A DNA stretch of 64,000 bases from an uncultured Gammaproteobacteria bacterium (GCA_964579845.1 CAZOHC010000001.1:27196-91195); one strand, 5' to 3'. Positions 20,349-30,633 are shown, counted from the stretch's first letter. The notes: generated by a model not told the origin, from the sequence alone. Numbers and translations are program-made.

Positions 20349-21014
20349 TTATGCGTTTTTGACTAGGGAGAGAAAAGAATCTGCAGATAAACTCGCACCT
20401 CCGATAAGCGCACCGTCAATTGAGGATTGATTCGTAAAAGTCGCGATATTCTCAGGCTTGACACTTCCACCGTAGAGGACAACTTTTGCCTGCTTTTCCT
20501 GTTTTAAAAAGCGGGCAACTTCTTCCGCATTGTCCGGCGTATCAGGAGTTCCTGAACCGATTGCGAACACAGGCTCATAGGCAACGATCGCAACACCGTC
20601 CGGGATCATGGTTTCTTTCCCCTGAACACAGAAGATCACGTGCAATCCGGCATCATGTGCCCGAACGACCTTCTCTGCCAACATCTCATCTGTTTCATTG
20701 AAAAGTTTTCTTCTTTCAGAGTGACCGATAATCACATAGTCACACAGCTCACGTAATTGACCGGCTGTGACTTCACCCGTATAGGCTCCTTCTTCATAAG
20801 GAGAGCAATTCTGCGCACCTACACGGAGCGGGAGGGAGTTCCGGTCGATATAGTGCTTCATCTCTGACAGTGCAGAAAAAGGAGGACACACAACAGCTAT
20901 TTTCTCTTCTTCCTGTCCGGCAGGCCAGCTGCTGTTTACGGTTTCTTCAAGCCAGGCAAGAGACTGCTCAACAGTTTTATATGATTTCCAGTTTCCGATA
21001 ATATATTTCGCCAT
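20349..21014 (-). CDS. tpiA: Triosephosphate isomerase (short form)
   Basis: GNWK, GAYTGEV, IIGHSERR, AYEPVFAIG, LYGGSV, GALIGGASL. Confidence 0.95.
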   Translation of the reverse strand: MAKYIIGNWKSYKTVEQSLAWLEETVNSSWPAGQEEEKIAVVCPPFSALSEMKHYIDRNSLPLRVGAQNCSPYEEGAYTGEVTAGQLRELCDYVIIGHSERRKLFNETDEMLAEKVVRAHDAGLHVIFCVQGKETMIPDGVAIVAYEPVFAIGSGTPDTPDNAEEVARFLKQEKQAKVVLYGGSVKPENIATFTNQSSIDGALIGGASLSADSFLSLVKNA

Positions 21015-21116
21015 ATGCTACAATGAAGTTTACTTCCAGATTACTGCTCTTCACCACGTTGTCAGCTGAAACGATCTCAGCATGACATTTTTGAAGACGT
21101 AATGTCATTATAGTCT

Positions 21117-22961
21117 ATGGAAAATGCACTTCTCAAGCAGTTAAATAAGGATCAACAGGAAGCAGTACTTCACACCGACGGTCCTGCAATTATCCTTGCC
21201 GGCGCGGGAAGCGGTAAGACACGAGTACTGACCTATAAAGTTCTCTACCTCGTTTCAGAGAAGCAGATTAACCCTAATGCAATCCTCATGGTAACGTTTA
21301 CTAATAAAGCAGCACAGGAAATGCGCGAACGGATCACAACCTATTTCGCAGAACACAACATCAAAGCTTCAACCCAACCCTTTGTATCTACCTTTCACTC
21401 ACTCTGTGCACGCATACTCAGATTGGAAGGAAAACATATCGGACTTGGCCCTCAATTCGTAATCTATGATACATCTGACCAGATAGAAGCGATTAAGGAA
21501 GCAATGAGTCAGCTCCATATATCAGTGAAAGATTTTAAGCCTGCTTCTGTTCTGGCCACCATCTCAGGTGCGAAGAACGAACTGATCACGGATAAAGAGT
21601 ACCCTTCATTCGCACGAGGATATTTCCAAGAGACCGTCGCGAAAATATTTACCGTCTACCAAAAAATCCTGAAAGAAAATGATGCGCTGGACTTTGATGA
21701 TATCTTACTGAAAACAGTGAAGTTGTTTCAGAATAATGAGCAGGTACTTGAAAAATATCAGGAAATGTTCCGGTACATCATGATTGATGAGTACCAAGAT
21801 ACAAATAAAGTACAGTATGCGCTGACGAAATTACTCGCAAAAAAATATAATAATATCTGCGTTGTCGGTGATTTCTCACAAAGCATCTACTCCTGGCGCG
21901 GGGCTGATTTCCAAAACCTGGTTCGATTTAAACAGGATTTTGAGAATGTGCAGGAATTCTCCCTCTCTCAGAATTACCGCTCCACACAGAAAATTCTTGA
22001 TGCAGCTTCATCTGTCATCGCCAGAAATAAATCGCACCCTGTGCTCAAGCTCTGGACCGAGAATCCGTCGGGTGAAGAACTTCAGCTCTATGAAGCAAAA
22101 AATGAGCAAGATGAAGCGGAGTTTATCGTCCGGATGATCAGCCACCTCGGTATCCAGGACTTAAGTAAGGTCGCGATTCTTTACCGAACCAATGCACAGT
22201 CACGAGTCATCGAGGAAGTCTTTCTGCACTTTGCCATTCCGTATCTCTTAATCGGTGGCACCAGATTCTATGAGCGAAAAGAGATTAAAGATGTTATCTC
22301 ATACCTCAGACATCTGAACAACCCGAAAGACAGTATCTCACTTAAGCGGATTGAGAAATTGGGGAAGGGGAGGCTACAAAAATATTTTACCTTTCAAGAA
22401 AACAATGATCTGACGAATGTTGCAACGATTGATGTCCTCGACCGGGTTCTTCATGCGACTGACTACCTCTCGCTCTACGACGAAGACGATGAGGAAGATC
22501 GAGCCCGGCTTGAAAACATTAAAGAACTTCGATCTGTTGCACTGGCATACCCTGACCTGACTGAGTTTTTGGAAAATATCACGCTGGTCGAACAAGAGGC
22601 ACTGAACCAGGATACGAACAGACGGAAAAACGGGGTGACACTCATGACACTCCATGCTGCCAAAGGACTGGAATTCCCGGTTGTCTTCATGATCGGTATG
22701 GAAGAAGGTGTTTTCCCTCATGCCAGGTCACTCATGGATAGGTCAGAGCTTGAAGAGGAACGAAGACTCTGCTATGTCGGCATGACCCGTGCCAGGGAAA
22801 AATTATTCTTAACATATGCACGACGGAGACTTTTTTTCGGACAACGGGCGTCAAATACAACCTCACGGTTCTTGCTAGAGATCCCTGAACACGTCATTGC
22901 AAAAAGTCGAAATGCACTCAGTCTTGAAAAAACAGATGCATCATCAACCGATTTTTTTTAG
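21117..22961 (+). CDS. pcrA: UvrD/PcrA SF1 DNA helicase
   Basis: AGAGSGKT, TFTNKAA, DEYQDTN, QSIYSWRGA, TLHAAKGLEF, EERRLCYVGMTRA. Confidence 0.93.
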   Translation: MENALLKQLNKDQQEAVLHTDGPAIILAGAGSGKTRVLTYKVLYLVSEKQINPNAILMVTFTNKAAQEMRERITTYFAEHNIKASTQPFVSTFHSLCARILRLEGKHIGLGPQFVIYDTSDQIEAIKEAMSQLHISVKDFKPASVLATISGAKNELITDKEYPSFARGYFQETVAKIFTVYQKILKENDALDFDDILLKTVKLFQNNEQVLEKYQEMFRYIMIDEYQDTNKVQYALTKLLAKKYNNICVVGDFSQSIYSWRGADFQNLVRFKQDFENVQEFSLSQNYRSTQKILDAASSVIARNKSHPVLKLWTENPSGEELQLYEAKNEQDEAEFIVRMISHLGIQDLSKVAILYRTNAQSRVIEEVFLHFAIPYLLIGGTRFYERKEIKDVISYLRHLNNPKDSISLKRIEKLGKGRLQKYFTFQENNDLTNVATIDVLDRVLHATDYLSLYDEDDEEDRARLENIKELRSVALAYPDLTEFLENITLVEQEALNQDTNRRKNGVTLMTLHAAKGLEFPVVFMIGMEEGVFPHARSLMDRSELEEERRLCYVGMTRAREKLFLTYARRRLFFGQRASNTTSRFLLEIPEHVIAKSRNALSLEKTDASSTDFF

Positions 22962-22982
22962 CATTTCCGCTATACTCTAATC

Positions 22983-23474
22983 ATGGAGCAAGAATCAGTA
23001 TCGTCGCCTGAAGCGACAGAACCAGGACCCGAACGTGCACGTTCACGGACACCCCGGTCGCTTATCGTCATGCTTTTGCTCATCCTTCCTCCGCTTGCCT
23101 GGTTTCTGATGTGGCGGGATAAAACATACCATCATTGGTTCGGGAAAATTCTTCTCGTTTCAGCAGGAATTTCACTCGCGTTTCTGGGATTTTTTTATAT
23201 CTTCGTTTATCTACGGATCGGAGAGCTGTATCAGTCACTCGGACTTCCGACTGCGAATGAGACGCTGGCTGTGAGTGCAATCGGCATTGGTATCTTCCTG
23301 ACACTGCTTGAAATTTTCTATGCATGGTATGTGTACCGCATGACAAAAAATGGCTACCTGACACCGTTTCAACTTCTGGTAACGATCATATTTCTTCTCC
23401 TAAATAGTTATCTCACCATGATCGGCCCGCTCATCGTGCTTCGGTCCATCTATCGACTTGTTGGTTCGTTGTAG
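22983..23474 (+). CDS. Hypothetical 4-TM membrane protein
   Basis: Four hydrophobic segments; TATACT 6 nt upstream. Confidence 0.6.
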   Translation: MEQESVSSPEATEPGPERARSRTPRSLIVMLLLILPPLAWFLMWRDKTYHHWFGKILLVSAGISLAFLGFFYIFVYLRIGELYQSLGLPTANETLAVSAIGIGIFLTLLEIFYAWYVYRMTKNGYLTPFQLLVTIIFLLLNSYLTMIGPLIVLRSIYRLVGSL

Positions 23475-23516
23475 GCTCCTCTTTCAGGAAATCTCCGAAT
23501 CAACTACAATAACATC

Positions 23517-24548
23517 ATGCGTTTTGAATCAATCCTCCCGAATCAAAAGTCAGCCTATAACAGTATCGTCTCCCATCCGCTCCAAGCATACGAATGGGGG
23601 GAGTTCCGGGAAAAAACAGGGGTTAAAGTTATCAGAAAGGGAGTTTTCGATGGCGAGAAACTTATCGACGGATTTCAGCTCACGATTCATCCTGTTCCGA
23701 AAACGAACTTCACCATCGGCTATCTACCGAAAGGAAATCGTCCGAGTAGGGAAGTCCTAGCAGAACTGCAAAAGATCGGAAAAAAAGAAAACTGTATCTT
23801 TATTCAATTGGAGCCAAACATACGAGAAAATTCGAAATTCGAAATTCGAAATTCGAAATTCCGGCTGCAGCCGGCCGCACATCCGCTTTTTACCAAATAT
23901 ACTTTTGTCCTCGATTTGACGAAGTCTGAGGAGGATTTACTCAAGCAGATGCATGCGAAAACCAGATATAACATACGGGTCGCGACACGACACGGGGTGA
24001 CTGTTCAGGAGGAGAAAACACCTGAGGCATTCGAAAGATACTGGCACCTGACTGAAGAGACGACTAAGCGACAAAAATTCTATGCACACACGAAAAATTA
24101 CCATGAACTGCAATGGGAGGTTTTACAACAAGCCAAAGACCGCGAGCCGAAAGCGAAAAACGCTTTGACGTCCCACTTACTGACAGCACGATATGAAGGG
24201 AAAATTCTTACCACCATGCTGTTCTTTGTATTTAAAGACACGCTCTACTATCCGTACGGTGCTTCGAGTAATGAAGCCCGAAACACGATGCATTCAGTTC
24301 TCACGATGTGGGAGGGAATTCGTTTCGGAAAAAAGCTTGGACTGAAATCATTTGATATGTGGGGAAGTCTCGCTGAGAATCCTGACCCGAAAGACCCATG
24401 GTACGGTTTTCATCGCTTTAAACAGGGTTTCGGTCCAGAACTTGTGGAGTTCGTCGGGAGCTATGATCTGGTGATACATCCACTCGCGTATCAGGGATAC
24501 AAAATCGCGGATAAACTTCGATGGTTGTACCTGAGGATAAAAAAATAA
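23517..24548 (+). CDS. FemAB/FemX-family peptidoglycan peptidyltransferase
   Basis: HPLQAYEWGEFR, YLPKG, KTRYNIR, YPYGASS, FDMWG, FKQGFG. Confidence 0.88.
   Translation: MRFESILPNQKSAYNSIVSHPLQAYEWGEFREKTGVKVIRKGVFDGEKLIDGFQLTIHPVPKTNFTIGYLPKGNRPSREVLAELQKIGKKENCIFIQLEPNIRENSKFEIRNSKFRLQPAAHPLFTKYTFVLDLTKSEEDLLKQMHAKTRYNIRVATRHGVTVQEEKTPEAFERYWHLTEETTKRQKFYAHTKNYHELQWEVLQQAKDREPKAKNALTSHLLTARYEGKILTTMLFFVFKDTLYYPYGASSNEARNTMHSVLTMWEGIRFGKKLGLKSFDMWGSLAENPDPKDPWYGFHRFKQGFGPELVEFVGSYDLVIHPLAYQGYKIADKLRWLYLRIKK
23828..23862 (+). repeat. Tandem heptamer (AAATTCG)x4 plus AAATTCC inside the FemX-like CDS
   Basis: Read directly; encodes NSKFEIRNSKF. Confidence 0.95.
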
Positions 24549-24549
24549 A

Positions 24550-24652
24550 TTTCTAATGACGAATTACTACTTTCTAATCAATGCTCACTTTCCAATGTCT
24601 CATTTCATTCATGGGATTTTATTAGAAATTAGATATTAGAAATTAGACATTC
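24550..24652. repeat. Heptamer-periodic inverted repeat (TTTCTAA.../TTAGAAA TTAGATA TTAGAAA TTAGACA)
   Basis: Intergenic, read directly. Confidence 0.7.
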
Positions 24653-24654
24653 AT

Positions 24655-26100
24655 ATGAACCGTTATTTGCCTTTTTTACTGCTTGCTGCGTGCTTTTTAC
24701 TCCTCAAACTCTCGAATCTCGGCATTCGTCTTTCTGATAAGAATATCTATTTCTACACCGGCCTGCAGCTTCTTAAAGGAAATATGCTGTATAAAGATGT
24801 TTTTTTTACTAACTTTCCGCTATTTCCGTATGTCTCAAGTCTGTATGTTCTGCTGAGTTTTAAGCAGTTGCCACTTTTCTTCTTTACAGCAGTTATCGAG
24901 GCATCACTCGTCGGATTTCTGCTCTATTCCATCATTCTCAAGCAGACGAAACATATGCTCACCGCGACACTTTCTGCAATGGTGTACCTATTCTCCTTTA
25001 TGATTCTCTCGACCACGGACCACCAGACAGGCGTCTTTCTCGCCTCAGTTTTTGCGGTCGCGAGCTATTATTTTTATACTGAAAAGAAGTATCTGCTCAC
25101 TGGCATATGTGTCGCACTGGCATTACTAACCAAGGCATATTTTCTGCCGGTCTTTCTGACATACATATTTGTTCTTTTGTTCAAACAGAATAGGGGAGAG
25201 GATTCAGAAAAAAATGTCCGTAATCCTGAACGTAGTGATGGATCACTAGGAAACAGATCCCTCGTCTCTACTCAGAATGACAGACTTGGGTTTTTTATCG
25301 GGTTTACGGTAACATTGCTCCTCGTACTTCTTCCGTCGCTCTTCTTTGCACCATCTGATTTCTTCCATAATGTCTTTGAGTATTCATTAACTCGCTCACA
25401 GGGCATAGGGAAAGGAAATCTTCTCTGGTTTTTTATTACCCATGATCTGCTGCTTTTTACCGCGTTCATCTACTCACTGATCTCGATTCGCAAACACCTG
25501 TTCTTAGGAATTTTCTCGATTTTTTCGTTGCTTTTTATCTTCCTATATCAGGATATCTACTATCTCTATCTGAACTTCATGCTCCCTTTCCTCGTACTCT
25601 CTTTTGCTAACCTCTACCGGGATCTGGAACAAAAAATCAGTATGCAGAAAATGATAATCCCGACTATTATCATAATATTTCTTCTGATCAATTTAGGGAT
25701 CTATATTTCAGGATATAGAAATCTCCAGAAGATTGAGAACATAGAACACCTCACCACGGCGATAGAAGAGAACAACCCACCCGCACTCTACGGAATAAAT
25801 TCACTGACGCCAGCCCTCGCATATTTGACAGCCACACCGCTGCTTAACAGTACAGTCGATACGAATCCGAACATCTATCGGAAAGGATTTCTAAGCGCAG
25901 AGACTATGACGAGGGATGCGATAGATCAAGGCGCACTCTTTGTAACACAGGGACTCTTCTATCCCGAGTTCGGGGTTGAACAACCGGTGACAGATGAGAT
26001 CTTTGACATGGAGCAAATGGGAAACTGCCGACTCATGCAAAGTATCCCGATTCAAAACGAAGGCCCACAGAATAGGATCAACCTGGTCCAGTGTAAATAG
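24655..26100 (+). CDS. GT-C-like polytopic membrane glycosyltransferase
   Basis: SDKNIYFY...YKDVFFTNFPL loop after TM1, LALLTK, about 11 TM helices. Confidence 0.7.
   Translation: MNRYLPFLLLAACFLLLKLSNLGIRLSDKNIYFYTGLQLLKGNMLYKDVFFTNFPLFPYVSSLYVLLSFKQLPLFFFTAVIEASLVGFLLYSIILKQTKHMLTATLSAMVYLFSFMILSTTDHQTGVFLASVFAVASYYFYTEKKYLLTGICVALALLTKAYFLPVFLTYIFVLLFKQNRGEDSEKNVRNPERSDGSLGNRSLVSTQNDRLGFFIGFTVTLLLVLLPSLFFAPSDFFHNVFEYSLTRSQGIGKGNLLWFFITHDLLLFTAFIYSLISIRKHLFLGIFSIFSLLFIFLYQDIYYLYLNFMLPFLVLSFANLYRDLEQKISMQKMIIPTIIIIFLLINLGIYISGYRNLQKIENIEHLTTAIEENNPPALYGINSLTPALAYLTATPLLNSTVDTNPNIYRKGFLSAETMTRDAIDQGALFVTQGLFYPEFGVEQPVTDEIFDMEQMGNCRLMQSIPIQNEGPQNRINLVQCK
25216..25285. repeat. RPE/MITE-like palindromic element inserted in-frame in the CDS
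   Basis: gtccgtaatcctgaa...ctcagaatgacagac outer inverted repeat and gatggatc/gatccctc inner inverted repeat. Confidence 0.65.
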
Positions 26101-26265
26101 CCACCCCGTATACTAAAAAGGAAGAGCTCCAAGCATCTCAAATATTTCTGAATTGAATCCAGCTTCTAGATTCTATGAAGCAATAGAAAAGCATTAATCA
26201 TGTTTGAAGCTATTTAATTTTCATTTCTACTATCACAGTATATTAAAATCGTATATAATCTCGAT

Positions 26266-26922
26266 ATGATCGATGTTGCTGAGTTTCAGGATAGATCAAT
26301 CGAAAAGAGCCAAAGAGTCGCGTCGATTAATCGTTCATTTAAAGAAGGGCAAGATGCATTAGATATTTCAGAGTCTTTAAAAGCTATCGAAAAACCAATT
26401 CTAGTTGATTTTAATAATGTACTTTTCAATAATAGATCACCATATGTACCTAATCCAGAGGCGGGAACATTTCTTCACGAGCTACAATCTATTGGTGATG
26501 TGATTATTGCAACTACATCAAGGGACTGGGATGGCGTGCAAGGATTATTACAAAGAGCAGGAATGTGGAGTGACAACATAGTCCTAATGACGGCTTCAAA
26601 TTATGAGTCTACCAGACTCAATGAAGAGTTACTGAATGAATTTCTCCAAAAAAGAGATTTACCCGTTATAGGGAAGAGATTCTATGATATATCCCCGGGA
26701 GGTAAGCCTCTTTCGCCACTCTTCGATAAATCTTTTGATATACCATTATTGGATGACGACAGTGTTGCAGAACATCCTTTTCCGGGATTACTTGGGGTAA
26801 AGATTCGTCCTTTTTTCGCCACTGAGGAAGAAGGAGCATTCAGAGGAGATCAAGAACGAGGAAAATCACTCTCAGAAGCAGTCGAAATAGTTAGAAACCA
26901 TTACTCGACGATTTCAAAGTAA
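26266..26922 (+). CDS. Hypothetical HAD-like protein, more AT-rich than its neighbours
   Basis: LVDFNNVL, IATTS, K, LLDDD. Confidence 0.5.
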   Translation: MIDVAEFQDRSIEKSQRVASINRSFKEGQDALDISESLKAIEKPILVDFNNVLFNNRSPYVPNPEAGTFLHELQSIGDVIIATTSRDWDGVQGLLQRAGMWSDNIVLMTASNYESTRLNEELLNEFLQKRDLPVIGKRFYDISPGGKPLSPLFDKSFDIPLLDDDSVAEHPFPGLLGVKIRPFFATEEEGAFRGDQERGKSLSEAVEIVRNHYSTISK

Positions 26923-26993
26923 TAATTCTAGAGCGTGTGACCCAGAGGAAATTCGAAACAGAATAAATACCTTCTTAATTTGAATATCTGAGG

Positions 26994-27602
26994 TTATTTC
27001 GAGGCTTCTTCGAGGCGGCGGGCTACTTCTTCCCAATTAATGACATTAAACCATGCCTCAACGTACTCAGGGCGTTTGTTTTGGTATTTCAGATAGTATG
27101 CATGCTCCCAGACATCGATACCCAGAATCGGATGCTTGCCCTCCATGACAGGGGTATCCTGGTTCGGAGTGGTGACAATCTTCAGACCGTCTCCATCTGT
27201 AATAACCCAAGCCCAACCACTGCCGAAGACGCCAAGTGCTGCTTTGGTAAATTCTTCCTTAAATTGATCGAATCCGCCGAACTGATTCCCGATTTTATCA
27301 CCGATCGTGCCTTTGGGTGTTGTATCCACACCGGGTGCCATCATCGTCCAGAACAGGGTATGATTCGCATGGCCACCACCGTTATTTCGTACTTTGGTTC
27401 TGACATCTTCAGGGACTTTATCAAGGTTTTGAATGAGGTCGTTGATGTCCATGTTCAGTAATTCATCATGGCCTGATAAGGCATCGTTGACGTTTTTTAC
27501 ATACGTCGCATGGTGCTTACTGTGATGCAACCGCATGGTTGTCTCATCGACCCATGGTTCAAGTGCGCTGTAGTCATAACTGAGATCGGGGAGTGTGAAC
27601 AT
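26994..27602 (-). CDS. sodA: Superoxide dismutase (Mn/Fe family, Mn-type signature)
   Basis: HHSKHH, NNGGGHANH, FGSGWAW, NQD, DVWEHAYY. Confidence 0.93.
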   Translation of the reverse strand: MFTLPDLSYDYSALEPWVDETTMRLHHSKHHATYVKNVNDALSGHDELLNMDINDLIQNLDKVPEDVRTKVRNNGGGHANHTLFWTMMAPGVDTTPKGTIGDKIGNQFGGFDQFKEEFTKAALGVFGSGWAWVITDGDGLKIVTTPNQDTPVMEGKHPILGIDVWEHAYYLKYQNKRPEYVEAWFNVINWEEVARRLEEASK

Positions 27603-27709
27603 CGTGTCTCCTAGACTACACCTGTTCTGGAATTTAGTCAAGCAAGAACTTTCTTACAATGCAGTATGTCATTCTGGAACGGAGTAATAATGAAGCGAGA
27701 ATGGAGCAT

Positions 27710-28312
27710 TTATTCAGGAATACCGGCCAGCGTGTTCGCGAGTTTGTCTGCTCGGTTGTTATTCACGTCATCTGCGTGTCCTGCAACTTTTTCATACTGA
27801 ACCTCAAGATCATGGTCGGTAATCAGATTGTGAATTTTTTCAAAGATTTCGCGGTTCGCGATTACTTTATGAACAGGCTTTGACAAACTGTGAATACTGA
27901 TTTGGCTGTCTGTATAAATTTTTATCCGTTTATGCTTGTTCTGAGTAGCCCAGCGCAAGGCATTGTAGATCGCATATGCCTCAGCAGTATTATTGGTCTG
28001 TTTTCCCTCAACAATGCCGCTTGCTTCATGCGCACCTGAGACAAACGCCCAGGCTGCAACCGCATGATCAGTCCCGTTGCCGCGACAGGCGCCGTCAGTC
28101 CAGATATGGACATCAACATCATCTGTTGAAGACTTCATATCTGTGAAGAGATTCTTATGATTATTTATAACTTTAAATTTGTCATTATGGTACATTTTTC
28201 GGCATTTCGGGCAGAAATAATACGCGGTATAGTAATACGCTTTTTGCAATTGTTCAGGAGTTCTTTTGGTTGCTTTCCTGAGGAGGGGAGTGCCGCATGT
28301 TTTACAAGTCAT
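27710..28312 (-). CDS. rnhA: Ribonuclease HI with an N-terminal zinc ribbon
   Basis: TDGAC, TNNTAE, YTDS, AGH, NNRADKLA; N-terminal CKTC...CPKC. Confidence 0.88.
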   Translation of the reverse strand: MTCKTCGTPLLRKATKRTPEQLQKAYYYTAYYFCPKCRKMYHNDKFKVINNHKNLFTDMKSSTDDVDVHIWTDGACRGNGTDHAVAAWAFVSGAHEASGIVEGKQTNNTAEAYAIYNALRWATQNKHKRIKIYTDSQISIHSLSKPVHKVIANREIFEKIHNLITDHDLEVQYEKVAGHADDVNNNRADKLANTLAGIPE

Positions 28313-28319
28313 AAGCTGA

Positions 28320-28470
28320 ATTTCTGAATACTCAGACAACTCAGTGTCTCAAAAGTTATTGATATATCGGAAAAATTCAGAAGTATCAGTATCAAATAGT
28401 CTGAAACTCTGACTTTCTGAAACACCGACTGCCGACATGCAGATCTGAATATCCTGAGTTTTCTGAAGTA
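28320..28470. repeat. Degenerate 8-9 bp periodic inverted repeat (TCAG units, then CTGA units) between clpB and rnhA
   Basis: actcagaca actcagtgt...attcagaag tatcagtat versus ctgaaact ctgacttt ctgaaaca...cctgagttt tctgaag. Confidence 0.55.
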
Positions 28471-28478
28471 CAAAAGTA

Positions 28479-30626
28479 TTATACTACAAGTTTCTCGTTC
28501 TCGACTGTCGGGCTGACTGTGTCGCCTGGCTTTATCGTCCCTTCAATAATCCGCATCGCTATTTCATCAACAAGCTGTTCCTCGATAGCACGGCGGAGCG
28601 GTCTTGCCCCGAAGACCGGGTCAAACCCTACTTCAGCAAAGTAGATTGCAACGTCATCGCTTATTTTCAGATCAATATCACTCTCACGGAGTCTTTCACG
28701 GACTTGTTCTAACTGTAGTTTCGCGATCTCGACGAGCTCTTTCGGCGTTAAGGCGTTAAAAATAACGACTGAATCAAGCCTATTGAGAAACTCCGGCTTG
28801 AATGCTGTATGTAACACTTCCCAGACTTTTTTATCCATTTCTTTTTTATCCTTCTCTGCGTATTCTCTGATAATGTCACCGCCGAGATTACTCGTCATGA
28901 TAATAATCGTATTCTTAAAATCAACGACGGTACCTTTGCTGTCAGTCAGCCGTCCGTCATCCAGTATCTGGAGCAGGATATTAAATACTGACGGATGTGC
29001 TTTCTCAATCTCATCAAAGAGAACGACTGAATAGGGTTTGCGCCTGACTGCCTCAGTCAGCTGTCCGCCTTCCTCATACCCGACATAGCCGGGAGGCGCA
29101 CCTATGAGTCGTGCGACTGCATGCTGTTCCATATATTCACTCATGTCGATACGGGTAAGTGCATGTTCATCACTAAAAAGGAGGGAAGCGAGAGCTTTGG
29201 CTGTTTCTGTTTTCCCGACACCGGTCGGTCCCAGAAAAAGAAATGAACCGATCGGGCGATTTTTCGCACTCAGCCCGGACCGTGAACGACGGATAGCGCG
29301 GGAGATAACTTCAGTCGCTTTTTCCTGTCCTACCACACGATTTTTTAGCTCATCCTCCAAGTTCAGGAGTCTCTCAGCTTCGGTTGAGAGAATCCTGGTT
29401 GCAGGAATTCCGGTCCACCGGGAGACAACCTTCGCGACGTCATCATCATCGACTTCTTCCCGTAACACACGATTTTCAGACGGAATCTGTGCCCATTCTT
29501 CCTGATAGGTATGCAGTGTTTTCTCAAGCTCCGGAATTTTTCCGTATTTTATCTCTGCTGCTTTCTGCAGATCAACATCACGCTCAGCTTTTTCCAGCTC
29601 AATCCGCAGTGCATCTATTTTTGCCCTGACATCCTGGATATGCTTAATAATTTCTTTCTGTTCATTCCAACGATTCTCAATCCCTGATGCATGTTCTTTC
29701 AGCTTCTCAAGCTCTTTTTCTACCTGAGTTCGACGGTTTTTAGCGAGATCAGTTTTCTCTTTTTTCAAAGCAGCAAGTTCGATTTCGTGCTGTGTTATTT
29801 TCCGTTTTAGCTGGTCAAGCTCAGCCGGCATACTTTCTGTCTCGATTTTGATTGCTGCTGCTGCCTCATCGATTAAATCAATCGCCTTATCTGGTAGAAA
29901 GCGATGGGGGATATACTGCGCGGATAATTTCGCAGCTGCGATTAAGGCGTTATCCGTGATCCTAATACCATGGTGCACTTCGTATCGTTCTTTAATACCC
30001 CGAAGAATTGAGATCGTGTCTTCGACCGTCGGCTCATCAACCATCACCGGCTGAAAGCGGCGGGCGAGGGCAGGGTCTTTTTCGATATACTTGCGGTACT
30101 CACCAAGGGTCGTTGCACCGATAACTCTCAGTGTCCCGCGGGCGAGAGAAGGCTTTAAGATATTCGCCGCATCAGTTGATCCTTCAGCGCCGCCGCCTCC
30201 GACCAGTGTATGCAGTTCATCGATAAACATGATGTATTTGCCGGCAGCATCTTCAACAGCCTTGATAACACCTTTGAGCCGTTCTTCAAACTCACCTCTG
30301 AATTTCGCGCCCGCCAGAAGCTGGGCAAAGTCCAGAACAATCACCTGTTTATCTCGAAGGGGAGTGGGGACTTCATTTGCGACGATTTTCTGAGCAAGCC
30401 CTTCAACGATAGCTGTTTTTCCGACGCCCGGATCACCGATTAAAATCGGATTATTTTTTGTCCGACGGGAGAGTATCTCCATAACACGACGGATCTCAAC
30501 CTCACGTCCGATCACGGGGTCAATTTTGCCTTGCGTTGCAGTCTCAGTCAGATTAATCGTGAACTTTTTTAACGCTTCTTCAGGGGAGACGGGCTTTAAA
30601 AAATCAGGCATCTGATTATTATCCAT
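28479..30626 (-). CDS. clpB: ClpB chaperone lacking the N-terminal Clp_N domain
   Basis: Two AAA+ modules ([16 protein letters not shown]), coiled-coil M-domain, [15 protein letters not shown]. Confidence 0.93.
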   Translation of the reverse strand: MDNNQMPDFLKPVSPEEALKKFTINLTETATQGKIDPVIGREVEIRRVMEILSRRTKNNPILIGDPGVGKTAIVEGLAQKIVANEVPTPLRDKQVIVLDFAQLLAGAKFRGEFEERLKGVIKAVEDAAGKYIMFIDELHTLVGGGGAEGSTDAANILKPSLARGTLRVIGATTLGEYRKYIEKDPALARRFQPVMVDEPTVEDTISILRGIKERYEVHHGIRITDNALIAAAKLSAQYIPHRFLPDKAIDLIDEAAAAIKIETESMPAELDQLKRKITQHEIELAALKKEKTDLAKNRRTQVEKELEKLKEHASGIENRWNEQKEIIKHIQDVRAKIDALRIELEKAERDVDLQKAAEIKYGKIPELEKTLHTYQEEWAQIPSENRVLREEVDDDDVAKVVSRWTGIPATRILSTEAERLLNLEDELKNRVVGQEKATEVISRAIRRSRSGLSAKNRPIGSFLFLGPTGVGKTETAKALASLLFSDEHALTRIDMSEYMEQHAVARLIGAPPGYVGYEEGGQLTEAVRRKPYSVVLFDEIEKAHPSVFNILLQILDDGRLTDSKGTVVDFKNTIIIMTSNLGGDIIREYAEKDKKEMDKKVWEVLHTAFKPEFLNRLDSVVIFNALTPKELVEIAKLQLEQVRERLRESDIDLKISDDVAIYFAEVGFDPVFGARPLRRAIEEQLVDEIAMRIIEGTIKPGDTVSPTVENEKLVV

Positions 30627-30633
30627 ATCATTA

